From IMG/VR virus record IMGVR_UViG_3300035510_000379, positions 7,727 through 71,726 of that record: a stretch of DNA of 64,000 nucleotides, one strand, 5' to 3'. Under the pieces are notes generated by a model, which was not told the DNA's origin, did not search any database, and saw only the letters and a list, made by a program, of their open reading frames with translations. Position numbers and translations under genes: made by a program. Shown piece after piece: positions 49,184 through 60,841 of the stretch. Source of the DNA: a virus. Taxonomy: Duplodnaviria; Caudoviricetes. Each line of letters starts with the position of its first letter. The stretch's first letter is position 1.

Positions 49184-52100
49184 ATGGAATACAGAGATAT
49201 ACTTAATAAAATGATACGGTACTTTCCTAAGTGGTCTGACATAAGGAAAAGAACAGATAAAACAGTCGGTGGCGCGCTATTAAAATCATATGCAATGGAA
49301 GCTGATAATTTAGCCGAAGCCATTAAAAAATTCAGAGAATATCACTTTTTAGTATATTATAGCGGCATAGAAGACACTATTGTTGATTATTTGCTATGCG
49401 TAGCAATAGGCAATACTAACGACAGTATAACTGTCGAAAGTTTAACAGAGGCACAGTCAGTAGACGATTTTTATGACAATTTAGATACTACATTTTTATA
49501 TAAAGACGGTTATTTATTGCTGCACGAAAAAAGCGGCTACAAAGAAAATGACAATCTGACTTACTATATAAATGGCTATACTTATATGGCTAAATTATCT
49601 AAGCGTCATGTGTGGAATATATTTGATGAATTTGCTTTATTTGCAGGCATTAAAAGATATGACGGCGAAAGCAATTTTGAATTATCGCAAAGAACTTATG
49701 CCGTTTTTAAGTATCCTGCCGCAAGCAACGAGGACAACCTTAAAAATGCCATAGTCAACTCTATGGTAAATATATATGACTTGCATAAAGACGATATTAT
49801 AATCGAACCTTTAAGCCAAGACAATATACTTGATTCTGACGATGAGTACGGCACTATCTACGAGCGCATATCAGAATACAACAAAGATTTATTTAAAAAT
49901 AAGCGATGGGATACGTCTGCTTGGGAAAATGATTTTGCAACAATAGATTACATTCCTCATATATGGGATAAAGAAATTCAGAGTACACAAAACGGCGTAG
50001 GCTATAATGATTCCTGCAAAATAGATTTTATAGAAAATATTGATTCATTAGATACGACAGATTTAGACGTTTCTTATTATAAGAAGTCGCAGAAAGCTAT
50101 AACTGAATACATTAAAAATAATAATATAGAAACTACGATACCGTTAAAGCTGACGAAATATTCAAATACAATTAATCCGCAGGACATTGAATATAAAATA
50201 ACGGCATCAGAAGTTTTAAAAATAGACCCGTACAATATTTATATCAATTCTTATGAACAAATTAACGGCGAAAAAGAATACTATATTGACGACTTAGCTA
50301 TAAGAACGCAAAATATTACAGAGCAAGTCAACAATGTTTTAGACAACAATACTTTATATAGATTAGTCTTTAATGCCGTAGATATGTATAGCGATATTAA
50401 AATTTCTAAATTATTGCTTGATAACAGTATTAACGGCTCGACTGATTTACGTTCAGAAAATAAGGATTATATTTTTAAAAACGGTTCTTTATCGAGTAAA
50501 TATATAAATCTTCATGCGACTTCAACAAGCGATTTAACAAGTTACGATAATTTAGCTAACGTACCTAAAGGAATTAGCTTAGATTCGCTTGCAAGCACAG
50601 GCACGGCAAATATAGACGTAACAGGTATGAGTTTTAACTTAATTAAAACTAAAGTATCGTGCCGTGAAGTAAATATCACCGATAATACAGCACTTGTGTC
50701 TTATTATGGTTTTGAATTATCTGGAGATAATTCTTTAATAGCCAGAGGAACAGATTCGACCTCTAATATTGTTATTGATATGAAGTGCAATTCTTATTCA
50801 TTTACTCTATCTTCGTCATTAAGCCAAGGTGCTATTGAAGTAACTGAATACATCAATAATAAATATTCCAGTAAAATTACTTACTCTAAAGCACAAACGA
50901 TACATAAAGAATTTGATGAGTTTACTCCTGTTAAAATCGTTATACGAAAAGATGGCAGAAATCCCGTTATAGTAACAGATATTAAAGCCGCCAGATATGA
51001 AATAGAATATTCATTAGACAACGGCACAATTATTAAAAATGCCATGTACACAATGCTGCCGTCCTTTACTGGCAACAATACAATGCACGTTAAATTAACG
51101 GCTTATTCGCAAGTATCGCCTGTCATAGAATATATCCATATAGCGAGCAGCTTCACAACTCCTGCCTATACTGTCGATATTGGTTCGTTATCAGCAGGCA
51201 CGAACAAATTATTCATTGACACAACTTGCAAAGTATCGTTATATTTAAGTACGGATAATGGAGCAACGTATAATTTAGAAAACGATAATTATACTACTCA
51301 TTCAAGCTATTTTAATAATTCGTCCTCAACAGGGTATATTTATCTCGATTTAAGCAAATTCTCTAATATAACGAGTTCAACGCCTGCTATTCAAAACTTA
51401 AACAATAATAAGTGCATTGAATTAGCAGCAGGAGAAAATATATCGACTATAACGATAGACGCATATTATTTTAAAAAATTAGATTCGTATAGCTTAGACA
51501 ATTACTTAATTAATAGTAAAGACGAAGAAGTCTACGTTACTAAAGTATTCAATTCTTTTATTATAAAAGATACGAATACAGAAAAAAGCTATGCCAAAAA
51601 ACTCACTAAGGATTTATTAAATCAAAATGCTACTTATTTTGAAGTATCTGGCGATTTAAACAATATAGAAACAGTCTATGTAATTGATGAAGTAAATACG
51701 AAAGAATATATTTCAAATTCGATTAACAATAATTTTGCGTCAATAGCACTGCGCTATAAAAACGAAAATTCCTATATTGCTTATAATAAGACCTCAATGG
51801 TAAGCAGCGTTAAAAACGATATAGAAATAGTCAATACTTTTTATCCGCTCGTATCTTTGAATACATTACTGTTTTACGTTATAAGCCCAGTTATTAATTC
51901 TGCTATTAAAGCTGATATTAATTTTAGAAAATATGACGATAATAACAACGCATATTACGAAAATTGGTCGCTTGGCACTAATCCTTACGGAATCACAATA
52001 ATTTCTGATATAGACTTAAATAATTCAGAAACATACGAATTAAATATATCGCAAATTTCGCAAAAATATATTGTATCGAATAATATAGTATTGGACGATG

Positions 52101-54139
52101 AATACGTTATTGCGTCAGAACGGCACTCTTTATCCGAATATATCATAACAACTCCGAACGAATTATACGTTTCATACACAAACGAAATTTATTCAGAAGT
52201 AATCACGGCAGAAGATGATTTATTCAATAAGCTGCATTACAGCAATATAATTCAAATAAAGGATATAGTTGATTCTAATATGAATACAATTTCGTCATCA
52301 AATTATGAATTATTGTCTGATGAAGGAATATTAGTCTGGAATAATTCGTCTTATATCGGCGAAAGCGTAGTTATTGAATACGAATACAAAAAGCCAGAGT
52401 TCTTAAAGTATACCGACTTATCTTATTTATATAAAGCCGTATCGTATACTGTTGACGCTTACGAATTAATTAAAGACGAAACGTATAAGAACTTATTGGA
52501 CGGCGACACAGTAAATAAAACCATTACAGACTATGATAAAATCGTTATAAAATGCAGCAATCCTAATTTTCAGTCAGTATCAAGCAATAATATCATAACT
52601 GTTTTAAAAGCCGAATCAGATAATAAAGTAGCTATAAAATATGGCTATGTTTATGACGGCGGCAACGAATGTTGGTATTTTAACAATCGCTATATTGACG
52701 AATACGACCAAACTGGTGCTGTTAGATTAGAAAACGTCAAGAAAATAAACGGCAGATTCTATTTATACGAAGAATCATTTAACAGCCTGCCATACTCTAA
52801 TATGTCTAAAACTACTATGCGTGAATTATGCTCAATGAATTTTAGAGATAGGGTATTTAGCAATACCAACACTTTATCGTCTTTAAGTTCATGTGAAAGT
52901 TTTGCATTATGGCATACCTTCAACACTGACGTAAATCTCGTAAAATTAGAGAACGGCAACGGCATAGAATTTGCTTCGGAAAATAGTACGGCATCATACG
53001 CTGTCTTAGAAATAACGGATTATATAGGCGATGGCTATATGCTTTCGCTATATGCCGACAAAGACTTAAAATGCTTTATTTGCACTGAATATACAGTAGA
53101 CGATATGAGTTTTGCTAAATCAGTCTGCATTAAAGATTTTACCGATATGAAAGTAAAAAATACTTTTTATAGGTATCATATTTTTGACGGCGTAAATAAA
53201 GAACTTAGGTATTATCTATTGATTCAAGGTTCTGGCTGTATAGACGATATTATAGCTATTAAAGATGATAACCCAGATAATATTGCTCAGTACCACGAAC
53301 GCAATTTTAATAAGCTAAAATTTGAATACGAAGAAAAAGCAACAGCCGACACAGAGTATTATATTCCGTTTAATAAATTAGGCGTAATTTCAGACGGTCT
53401 TGATTTTAATAGCGAAAAAATTACTATGGGTACGACAGTAGATTACGGCATAACGCTAATAGCTAAAATAGATTTAAGCGACTGTATATTAAATAATGCT
53501 GTAATTAAAAAAGACTGTATAGTAGCGGAAGATAATGACGCTTCGCTCATTACTCCTGTTATATATTGTGCTAATCATGAATCAATGCTGAAAACGATAG
53601 CGAAAATAAATGACGTATTTATTGACGGCATGAACGATTTTGAGATTATTATTCACAACTCAAAAACTAAGAGCGGGACGTATCAAGCAATCAGCACGAC
53701 AGAAAAAGATAATATTGCTCAAGCATCTTACTCTAAAAATATGGGAGCATACTTTAAAATCGAAGTCAAAATGCTCCAGAAAAGCTCTATTGTCAATAGT
53801 ATAGAATTGTACGCTAAATATGCTGAAAAAGATAATATAAATCTTTCGGTAATCAATAATTCCTCTGGCTCAATAATTACAACAGTATATGATATTGGCG
53901 TATCTGGTAATTATAAAATAGAAGATATTATCTACGAAAGCAATAATGACGCTAACGTATTATTTTATATAAGAGCGTGTCGATATGACGATAGAGATAC
54001 CGTATGGACTGAATGGAAAGAATTTGAAGCTAAAAAAGACATCACTTTTAATGGCTATCAATATTTTCAGCTTAAAGTCGTTATGTACGGAGAAAACACT
54101 TACGCTAAAATAGATAAAATTATTCTAAAGGGATTTTAG
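49184..54139 (+). CDS. Large baseplate wedge/structural protein (1651 aa)
   Basis: Follows the J-like gene; WNIFDEFALFAGI.RY.GE.N motif resembles the J-partner region; beta-rich remainder; W.EW..F..YQYFQLK C-terminus. Confidence 0.45.
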   Translation: MEYRDILNKMIRYFPKWSDIRKRTDKTVGGALLKSYAMEADNLAEAIKKFREYHFLVYYSGIEDTIVDYLLCVAIGNTNDSITVESLTEAQSVDDFYDNLDTTFLYKDGYLLLHEKSGYKENDNLTYYINGYTYMAKLSKRHVWNIFDEFALFAGIKRYDGESNFELSQRTYAVFKYPAASNEDNLKNAIVNSMVNIYDLHKDDIIIEPLSQDNILDSDDEYGTIYERISEYNKDLFKNKRWDTSAWENDFATIDYIPHIWDKEIQSTQNGVGYNDSCKIDFIENIDSLDTTDLDVSYYKKSQKAITEYIKNNNIETTIPLKLTKYSNTINPQDIEYKITASEVLKIDPYNIYINSYEQINGEKEYYIDDLAIRTQNITEQVNNVLDNNTLYRLVFNAVDMYSDIKISKLLLDNSINGSTDLRSENKDYIFKNGSLSSKYINLHATSTSDLTSYDNLANVPKGISLDSLASTGTANIDVTGMSFNLIKTKVSCREVNITDNTALVSYYGFELSGDNSLIARGTDSTSNIVIDMKCNSYSFTLSSSLSQGAIEVTEYINNKYSSKITYSKAQTIHKEFDEFTPVKIVIRKDGRNPVIVTDIKAARYEIEYSLDNGTIIKNAMYTMLPSFTGNNTMHVKLTAYSQVSPVIEYIHIASSFTTPAYTVDIGSLSAGTNKLFIDTTCKVSLYLSTDNGATYNLENDNYTTHSSYFNNSSSTGYIYLDLSKFSNITSSTPAIQNLNNNKCIELAAGENISTITIDAYYFKKLDSYSLDNYLINSKDEEVYVTKVFNSFIIKDTNTEKSYAKKLTKDLLNQNATYFEVSGDLNNIETVYVIDEVNTKEYISNSINNNFASIALRYKNENSYIAYNKTSMVSSVKNDIEIVNTFYPLVSLNTLLFYVISPVINSAIKADINFRKYDDNNNAYYENWSLGTNPYGITIISDIDLNNSETYELNISQISQKYIVSNNIVLDDEYVIASERHSLSEYIITTPNELYVSYTNEIYSEVITAEDDLFNKLHYSNIIQIKDIVDSNMNTISSSNYELLSDEGILVWNNSSYIGESVVIEYEYKKPEFLKYTDLSYLYKAVSYTVDAYELIKDETYKNLLDGDTVNKTITDYDKIVIKCSNPNFQSVSSNNIITVLKAESDNKVAIKYGYVYDGGNECWYFNNRYIDEYDQTGAVRLENVKKINGRFYLYEESFNSLPYSNMSKTTMRELCSMNFRDRVFSNTNTLSSLSSCESFALWHTFNTDVNLVKLENGNGIEFASENSTASYAVLEITDYIGDGYMLSLYADKDLKCFICTEYTVDDMSFAKSVCIKDFTDMKVKNTFYRYHIFDGVNKELRYYLLIQGSGCIDDIIAIKDDNPDNIAQYHERNFNKLKFEYEEKATADTEYYIPFNKLGVISDGLDFNSEKITMGTTVDYGITLIAKIDLSDCILNNAVIKKDCIVAEDNDASLITPVIYCANHESMLKTIAKINDVFIDGMNDFEIIIHNSKTKSGTYQAISTTEKDNIAQASYSKNMGAYFKIEVKMLQKSSIVNSIELYAKYAEKDNINLSVINNSSGSIITTVYDIGVSGNYKIEDIIYESNNDANVLFYIRACRYDDRDTVWTEWKEFEAKKDITFNGYQYFQLKVVMYGENTYAKIDKIILKGF

Positions 54140-54146
54140 AAAATAA

Positions 54147-55946
54147 ATGATTAACAATCAAGTTATATACGGAACTCCGCATATTAATTATACAGATTCT
54201 AACGGCATGGTATTTTATGACCAAGACATAGCTATGACAAACTATATCTATACTGGCTCGTTCAAATTAACTATGAATGTTATATGCGAACTTTCTGGTA
54301 TAGGCATAGTTTTGTCTAAGCCTAAAGAAAATGAACCGCCTTTAAATTCTGATGATGTTTATTTAATTCGTTTAGGCAATAATGAATTGAGCATTTTGCA
54401 TAGGCAATATGCAAAACAGGAGCGTATCTATAATACGTCATGCTTATTTGTTCCCGAAAAAGATATTGCTAAAACGCTTATATTTTATCTGAACAATAAA
54501 GAATTAACCATTTCGACAATCATAAATAAAAAAGAAGTCGAATTGGGAAGATGCGTGATTGAAAAATTGCCCGATGAGTTTTATATAGGCTTTTACGGCA
54601 ATAAACGCAATATTATTCAAGACGCTATTATTGAAGATGAAAGCCCAGAATTTTGGCTTGCCAGTCTTAAAAATACTAATGGCGGCAGAGTTTCTTTTTC
54701 TAAAGATACTATTAAAATAGAAAACTGCAAATATGATGCGGAAGTCGAGCAAGAAAATATACCGCTAAAAAGCGGCACTTATTATATAGATTTTGAAAAT
54801 AAGAACAGCGAAACAAAATGCTATATTTTTAGCAGCAATAATAAAGAGTTTAAACCAGAAAACAAAAATCTGATTACCGATACCAATAAATTAATTTTAG
54901 ACGAAGATACAAACGTAAATATTTTATTTCAGTCAACTGACGACACGATAAAAAACATAGCTATTAAAAGTTCCGAAAACGCAAGCTATGTATCGACAGG
55001 CGACACCTCGTCAGGCTCAGATGGCAGCTGCATAAGAATAGCGTTAAAAGATTTATCAAGCATTAATATCACATTTACCGTCAATAGCGTACCTCAATAT
55101 GAATTAACGGAAGAAATGCCATACGCAATCACTTTAAGCGGCGATATAAAAACGTCTTTAGCTGACTATAATATTCAATTAGATACAAGCAACAAATTTT
55201 ATATTGACGTTGATAAAAAAACAATTCACGATATTACGACAGATGCTTATTCATCTATCGAAGATGACGAGTATTTATATATTTTAAAGAACGTAAACGG
55301 ATTCATTGATGAATTTATCATAACGGATAAAAACGGTACGCAGACAAATTTATTAGTGCAGACTACGTTTAAAAAATATGTTGCTGATAAAATAACAAGT
55401 CCTATTGTCGTTGTAGACGAAAATGATAATCCGCTTGATTTATCAAGCAGCTACCGCTTAACCAACGAAGATAAATATATTTTTACTAACTGGGAACGAG
55501 AAGTATTCAGCACTAATAATAACGAAATTGTTTTAGAAAAAGATATTTCTAATTCAGTAGGAAGTATGTATGTATACGGCATCTATAAAAACGCCGAATA
55601 TAATTTAAGCGATATATATAAAATCAGCGATGAAAACAATATCCACAGCATAGATTTATTCTGCGAAAATTACGATATAATTACGGAAAACAGCTATAAG
55701 CAGGAAGGCAATTATATAGAATTTGCCGATGAAATATTAAACGACTATTCTTTATTAGTAGTCGAATATTTAAAAAACGATTCATACGCTATAAATCACA
55801 TAGACGACCAGTACGAAGTAGACATTTCTACGCAAAAAGAATTGGTTTATACCTGCTATGACATGACTGACGACAACGAAATTAAAGAGTATAAAACTCT
55901 TGACGTAATTCCTGCTGACAATAGATATATAGTATTGAGAAAGTGA
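54147..55946 (+). CDS. Baseplate/tail-associated beta-rich protein
   Basis: 599-aa coupled ORF in the baseplate cluster; no specific motif recognised. Confidence 0.4.
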   Translation: MINNQVIYGTPHINYTDSNGMVFYDQDIAMTNYIYTGSFKLTMNVICELSGIGIVLSKPKENEPPLNSDDVYLIRLGNNELSILHRQYAKQERIYNTSCLFVPEKDIAKTLIFYLNNKELTISTIINKKEVELGRCVIEKLPDEFYIGFYGNKRNIIQDAIIEDESPEFWLASLKNTNGGRVSFSKDTIKIENCKYDAEVEQENIPLKSGTYYIDFENKNSETKCYIFSSNNKEFKPENKNLITDTNKLILDEDTNVNILFQSTDDTIKNIAIKSSENASYVSTGDTSSGSDGSCIRIALKDLSSINITFTVNSVPQYELTEEMPYAITLSGDIKTSLADYNIQLDTSNKFYIDVDKKTIHDITTDAYSSIEDDEYLYILKNVNGFIDEFIITDKNGTQTNLLVQTTFKKYVADKITSPIVVVDENDNPLDLSSSYRLTNEDKYIFTNWEREVFSTNNNEIVLEKDISNSVGSMYVYGIYKNAEYNLSDIYKISDENNIHSIDLFCENYDIITENSYKQEGNYIEFADEILNDYSLLVVEYLKNDSYAINHIDDQYEVDISTQKELVYTCYDMTDDNEIKEYKTLDVIPADNRYIVLRK

Positions 55947-55959
55947 GAGGTGATTTCGT

Positions 55960-57723
55960 ATTAAAATTTATCCATGCAAACGTAATATAAAAATGGCGGA
56001 ATCACCAAACGCTTCTGATATACCGTTATCATTTTTAGATAAAAGCAGCGAAATTGAAAGCATTAAAATAGTTAATTCCGATGATTTTTTGCTTGATAAA
56101 ACAACGGAAGTAAAACCATTTGATTCTTTCGATACAGACGATATTTTGTTATTCGATGCTGATAAAAATATAATTAAAGATTCTTTATATAAAGATATAT
56201 CTGGATATGTTTATCACCCGACAAACGCGGTTGAATTTTCGCCAGAATTATTTTACGCTGATATAGTAATCAAAAAGAATCTTCTATATAATAGCAGCAG
56301 GACATATAATCTAAAAATATGCGTCAACGAATTAGACGAGGAATTGACTTTCAGCAAGCAATTAATATCTATTTTTGGTGATGCAGGCAAAAGAGGATTA
56401 TGCCCAACAAGCATTAGCGTAAATAATTATGCTATGAATCCTATTTCACTAATTGACTCGTCATATAAAGAAAATGATTTTATCTTCGTAAAAACACTGG
56501 ACGGAGAAAGAATAGCTGAATCGTCAGCAATAGACGTTGACGCTATACTAGACGACCATACTAATGTATGGCTTACAGTACCAGTTACTTATAACGAAGA
56601 AACGAATAATATAATTTATAAAACAGAAACAATTTCTCCTGCACAGCCTACTTTATATAATTCAATTAAAGCATATACGGTAAATAATACATACGTTGAT
56701 GACGATAACGACTATTTGCTGAATACCGTATCTTCTTACGAGGATAACGGCTATGAAATAGATTACAGATACGTTATGTTTAACGTATATATTGCTCATA
56801 AAGATATGTGCGGCTACGTTATTATTTCATATGAGAATTTTTTAGATAATTTATCGGCAAACGTCAAAGCTATTTACGATATATTAATGTACGTTTACCT
56901 GCAAAGCTATATTAAAATAACGTCCGATATAACCTTTATCACTGATTATCCAATAGATTATTATATGAATACGAGCAATCAGTTTAAGAAAAACCATAAA
57001 GATATAAATACCGATACTATTTTAAAGAAAATAACTGACTGCAAAATTGATACATACAGCGTTATGAGCGTAACGGTCGATAACGTAAACGTAGTATTCA
57101 ATAAAATGGACACAAGAAATAATCTCTTGTTCAGCAAAATGGGCGGCACTAACGACCCAGTAAAAAATAGCGGTGAAATATCTTTATATACAAGTAAAGG
57201 CACTGTTATTACTTATACAAACGATAACGCAGCTAAAATTGAATCGCAAGCATTAATAAATTATGCTATTAACGATAGCAACATAATTGTGTCGTTATCG
57301 CCAATGTATAGTTCGCAATATAAAATACGAATAACCGAAACTAAAAACTTTTATATAACAGACTACGATAAAAGCTATTATTTAATAGCTTTGCCCGTAA
57401 ATTCAGAAGATGAATCTGATGTGCTATTAACAGCTAAATCCGATTACGATAACAGCGGCATTATTATTGCCGATATAGAAATAGTAAAGAAAACCACTAA
57501 TCAGTCTTATGACGTAAGGCTGTTGGGCGGCGGTCTTGCTTATTCTGCTGAATCAGATTACGACTTATTGGATATAAGCAACGTAAACGGCAAGCCTTAT
57601 CGTGTAGGCGCGTCTGGAATTATAAGAGTTCCTAAAATACTAAAAAGCGAGGAAGAAAAAATATTAGATGCTGTAAATAAGCATTGCATAGCAACTGACT
57701 ATTACATCATAGAATATTTTTGA
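55960..57723 (+). CDS. Baseplate/tail-associated protein (probable ATT start; first ATG at 55993)
   Basis: GAGGTG at 55947-55952 sits 7 nt before an in-frame ATT at 55960; C-terminal DVRLLGGGL..KPYRVG. Confidence 0.45.
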   Translation: MKIYPCKRNIKMAESPNASDIPLSFLDKSSEIESIKIVNSDDFLLDKTTEVKPFDSFDTDDILLFDADKNIIKDSLYKDISGYVYHPTNAVEFSPELFYADIVIKKNLLYNSSRTYNLKICVNELDEELTFSKQLISIFGDAGKRGLCPTSISVNNYAMNPISLIDSSYKENDFIFVKTLDGERIAESSAIDVDAILDDHTNVWLTVPVTYNEETNNIIYKTETISPAQPTLYNSIKAYTVNNTYVDDDNDYLLNTVSSYEDNGYEIDYRYVMFNVYIAHKDMCGYVIISYENFLDNLSANVKAIYDILMYVYLQSYIKITSDITFITDYPIDYYMNTSNQFKKNHKDINTDTILKKITDCKIDTYSVMSVTVDNVNVVFNKMDTRNNLLFSKMGGTNDPVKNSGEISLYTSKGTVITYTNDNAAKIESQALINYAINDSNIIVSLSPMYSSQYKIRITETKNFYITDYDKSYYLIALPVNSEDESDVLLTAKSDYDNSGIIIADIEIVKKTTNQSYDVRLLGGGLAYSAESDYDLLDISNVNGKPYRVGASGIIRVPKILKSEEEKILDAVNKHCIATDYYIIEYF

Positions 57724-57729
57724 ATATAA

Positions 57730-59706
57730 ATGGATAATAAACTTATTTCGCTAAATTTTAGCCAAGGCGTAAAAGCCGCTAACATAAATTATGATTTTAA
57801 TATCGTAAAAGGGTGGATTGACAGAGAGCGGCTACGCATTGGCGGCTGGGGCATTTGCGAAGGTTTTGAAATGTCTTATGACTTTAACTATAATATCACG
57901 ATAGAAGATGGTATTTTCATTAATGAATATGGCGAAGAAGTTATAGTCGATAAGCGCATATTTAATTGCGGTATGCCAGATTATTACGATATTGAAGAAA
58001 ACTTGCCAGTATCGAATGATGGCACTATCGTGTTAAAATACTCGCCATTTTCTCCTGATGCCGCAGGCTTAATAAAATACAGTCCACCAGAGCATAATAA
58101 TAAATCAGCTTTAAACGCAATTACTATTAAAGAAACCTCCACTGATTCGCCAATGACCATTTACTCTGTTTTAGATAATAAAATTAAAGTAGATGCTCAG
58201 TGGGCGGGCAGAACAGCGACAGTAAAATATATTTACTGTAATGACCAAATAGACGCTTTTTTAATAGATTCTAATGGTAATTATTATAGAGAAGAAGGTA
58301 TTTTATCTACAACGGCTTCTAAAACAAATATAGACCTATCTTCGTACTATTTAATAGGATTCGCAAGATGGATTATAGGCGAAACAATTTCTGTTGAATT
58401 TATTATAGACGACAGGACATACAGAAAAGTCTATGTAGATAAAAGCAATATATTATATTTAAACGGAAAACCATATAAAGAAGCGCAAATTATTTATTTT
58501 GAAGAACCAGAAAATCCGCAAGAAAATGATTTATGGTACGACAGAGAAAATAACGCGCTGTGTATCTGGAAAGAAACTGACGGCATTTATGGTTGGACAG
58601 TTATAAATGATTTTTCCGATGTTCCTATAAGACAGGTTAAAATGTGGCAGCCAAATATTAATTTTCCTGCCGACAATCAAACTTTTTTATTTGACGATTC
58701 AGAAACAAATTTAAGGTATATTCCAGATATAAATGCTCTCACGATAATAATAGACCAACAAGTAGTAATGAATGACCAGTTTGAAGAAGTTACGCAGAGT
58801 AATAGTTCTAGCAAACCTTATCTTTCGACTGGCATAGGCTTTAAATTAAAAGAGCCTTTAGATAAGCCTACTTATGTTCAATGCGTAGTAAATCACGTTG
58901 TAAGAAACGGCGCATTACAAAATGTATTCCAAAGAGCAGCTATTTTTATTAACGAAAACTACGAAAAATATTCCGTGTCTAATATAGACCAAGTATTTCA
59001 AACTGATTTAGAATATTGCATAGAAGCATCGCAGCTTGAAGTATGGCTCGATGGCGCAAAGCTAAATAAAGACGTAGATTTCGTGGAAATGTGTTCTGAT
59101 GGAATAACTGTTGCTTCATCGGCTAATAAAGATGAAATGACTACTTATTTTAAAGTAATCGTTCCATTACAAGCTAATCAAAATATAACATACAGAATTT
59201 CTAAATATGTATGGAGCTATGACCAGCTTAACATGATGATGTCTGATATAGAAAATAAAGCAGACAGCGGATTAAGCCAGTGCGCATTACTAAGCAACGA
59301 AATAAGCAATCTTTCGACTAACACGTCTAACGATATTAAAAATCTGCAAAACCAAATAGACACGATTAACAACGTGTTGAAAACTCTAACGCAATATAGG
59401 TTAAAATCCGATTTAATTACGACAAATGATTTAGACAGCACAGTTAAAGATTCGCTCTTTAAATCAGTAAAATCTATTGTTGTAAGCGCGGCACAAATTC
59501 CTGTAACTGTCGCAGACCTAAAAGCAGCAGACGGAATTATAATAAATTACTACGACAACACGGCAAACACAAGCAGAGTATTAATTGAAAATACAGATTA
59601 TATACTTAACTTTAATAGCGATAAAACAGCAGATATTATATTGTCCGCGTTATTGATTTCGCAAAACGCAACGCTTATTATAAACACTATTTCGTTTGGC
59701 GTATAA
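57730..59706 (+). CDS. Putative proximal tail fibre/fibre-attachment protein
   Basis: GWGICEGF N-terminal motif, PENPQENDLWYD motif, coiled-coil near the C-terminus; upstream of fibre genes. Confidence 0.45.
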   Translation: MDNKLISLNFSQGVKAANINYDFNIVKGWIDRERLRIGGWGICEGFEMSYDFNYNITIEDGIFINEYGEEVIVDKRIFNCGMPDYYDIEENLPVSNDGTIVLKYSPFSPDAAGLIKYSPPEHNNKSALNAITIKETSTDSPMTIYSVLDNKIKVDAQWAGRTATVKYIYCNDQIDAFLIDSNGNYYREEGILSTTASKTNIDLSSYYLIGFARWIIGETISVEFIIDDRTYRKVYVDKSNILYLNGKPYKEAQIIYFEEPENPQENDLWYDRENNALCIWKETDGIYGWTVINDFSDVPIRQVKMWQPNINFPADNQTFLFDDSETNLRYIPDINALTIIIDQQVVMNDQFEEVTQSNSSSKPYLSTGIGFKLKEPLDKPTYVQCVVNHVVRNGALQNVFQRAAIFINENYEKYSVSNIDQVFQTDLEYCIEASQLEVWLDGAKLNKDVDFVEMCSDGITVASSANKDEMTTYFKVIVPLQANQNITYRISKYVWSYDQLNMMMSDIENKADSGLSQCALLSNEISNLSTNTSNDIKNLQNQIDTINNVLKTLTQYRLKSDLITTNDLDSTVKDSLFKSVKSIVVSAAQIPVTVADLKAADGIIINYYDNTANTSRVLIENTDYILNFNSDKTADIILSALLISQNATLIINTISFGV

Positions 59707-59749
59707 TTAAAAAAATAAATATAATTAAAAAAGAGAGAAACAATAAAAT

Positions 59750-60199
59750 ATGAGTGACCCGATTATAAGTTGGGAAATCAAAAAAGGTTCTGAAACCGAC
59801 TATACAAATGATTCTAATTATTACGGCGGCTATATCCTAAGCGGAGAATCTTTTATTATAGATATGCGTATATGGAATAATAAATACGGTACAGAACAGG
59901 TCAATAGCTTAACGAATTTTAATATAGCCGTTTCTTTTTCATATTTAGAAGATGCCGCCATATTAGATTATTGCTCATTTTATCTAAATAGCAGCGAAAA
60001 ATTAGAAACCTCTATTTTGGATAAAACAGCCGCAGTAGTAATGCCAGACGGTTACATCTTATATGGCTATGTAAATGACGGTTCAGATAACTACGAGGAT
60101 AATTATTTATCTCTTAAACTTATTATTGAAATCCCAACAGAAGCGAATATAAAAATTAACGATATGAAAACTATGAATCTTAGCATAGTTAAAATATAA
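59750..60199 (+). CDS. Hypothetical tail-associated protein
   Basis: 149-aa ORF, beta-rich; position only. Confidence 0.35.
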   Translation: MSDPIISWEIKKGSETDYTNDSNYYGGYILSGESFIIDMRIWNNKYGTEQVNSLTNFNIAVSFSYLEDAAILDYCSFYLNSSEKLETSILDKTAAVVMPDGYILYGYVNDGSDNYEDNYLSLKLIIEIPTEANIKINDMKTMNLSIVKI

Positions 60200-60220
60200 C
60201 GAAAGAAGGTATATTATTTA

Positions 60221-60793
60221 ATGTCTTTCGTTCTTACGAAATTAGCACAGATAAAAGACGGCAGCAGATTACAATTAGAACTGGCTGAACTAACAAAGTC
60301 GTATGATTCGCTACAAGCTAACACTTCTAATTTGAGTACAGCATTTGCCACCGAAATAGCAGCACACAATAAAGACGCCAATGCTCACAGTATTTTAGTA
60401 GAGAATATATATAAAGCAATACATATATTAAGCAGAAATACTTCATATGATGTAGGAGATATAGCATACAGTTTAGACGCTCCGAGTTGGGTTATGCTTG
60501 AATGTGTAACAGCAGGCACTACCGACACGCAGGACATTAGTGATTACGCTAATATACAAAGTGCTAACGGATATATAGTTGACGGAACGGCGCAATTTTT
60601 AGTACACGATATTAAATATACTGGCTCAAACAACAGCAGCGGCAGTACTGGAAATACTGGCTCAACAACAGTCGTAGCAGCAGATGTATTTGAAAAAGAC
60701 GATGATGGCAACTTAATGCCTGTTTTAAATCCGCAATCATCTACTGTCTGGACTTTAGACGATAATGGCGACTTAATGCCGTCAGCAAGCTAA
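60221..60793 (+). CDS. Tail-fibre-related protein
   Basis: IAAHNKDANAH (HN.D..AH fibre motif), YDVGDIAYS..LECVTAGTT module, two C-terminal D.xG.LMP repeats. Confidence 0.55.
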   Translation: MSFVLTKLAQIKDGSRLQLELAELTKSYDSLQANTSNLSTAFATEIAAHNKDANAHSILVENIYKAIHILSRNTSYDVGDIAYSLDAPSWVMLECVTAGTTDTQDISDYANIQSANGYIVDGTAQFLVHDIKYTGSNNSSGSTGNTGSTTVVAADVFEKDDDGNLMPVLNPQSSTVWTLDDNGDLMPSAS

Positions 60794-60841
60794 AAAATAA
60801 AAAATAATTAAACTTAAAAATAGACGGGAGAGACTCGATAA

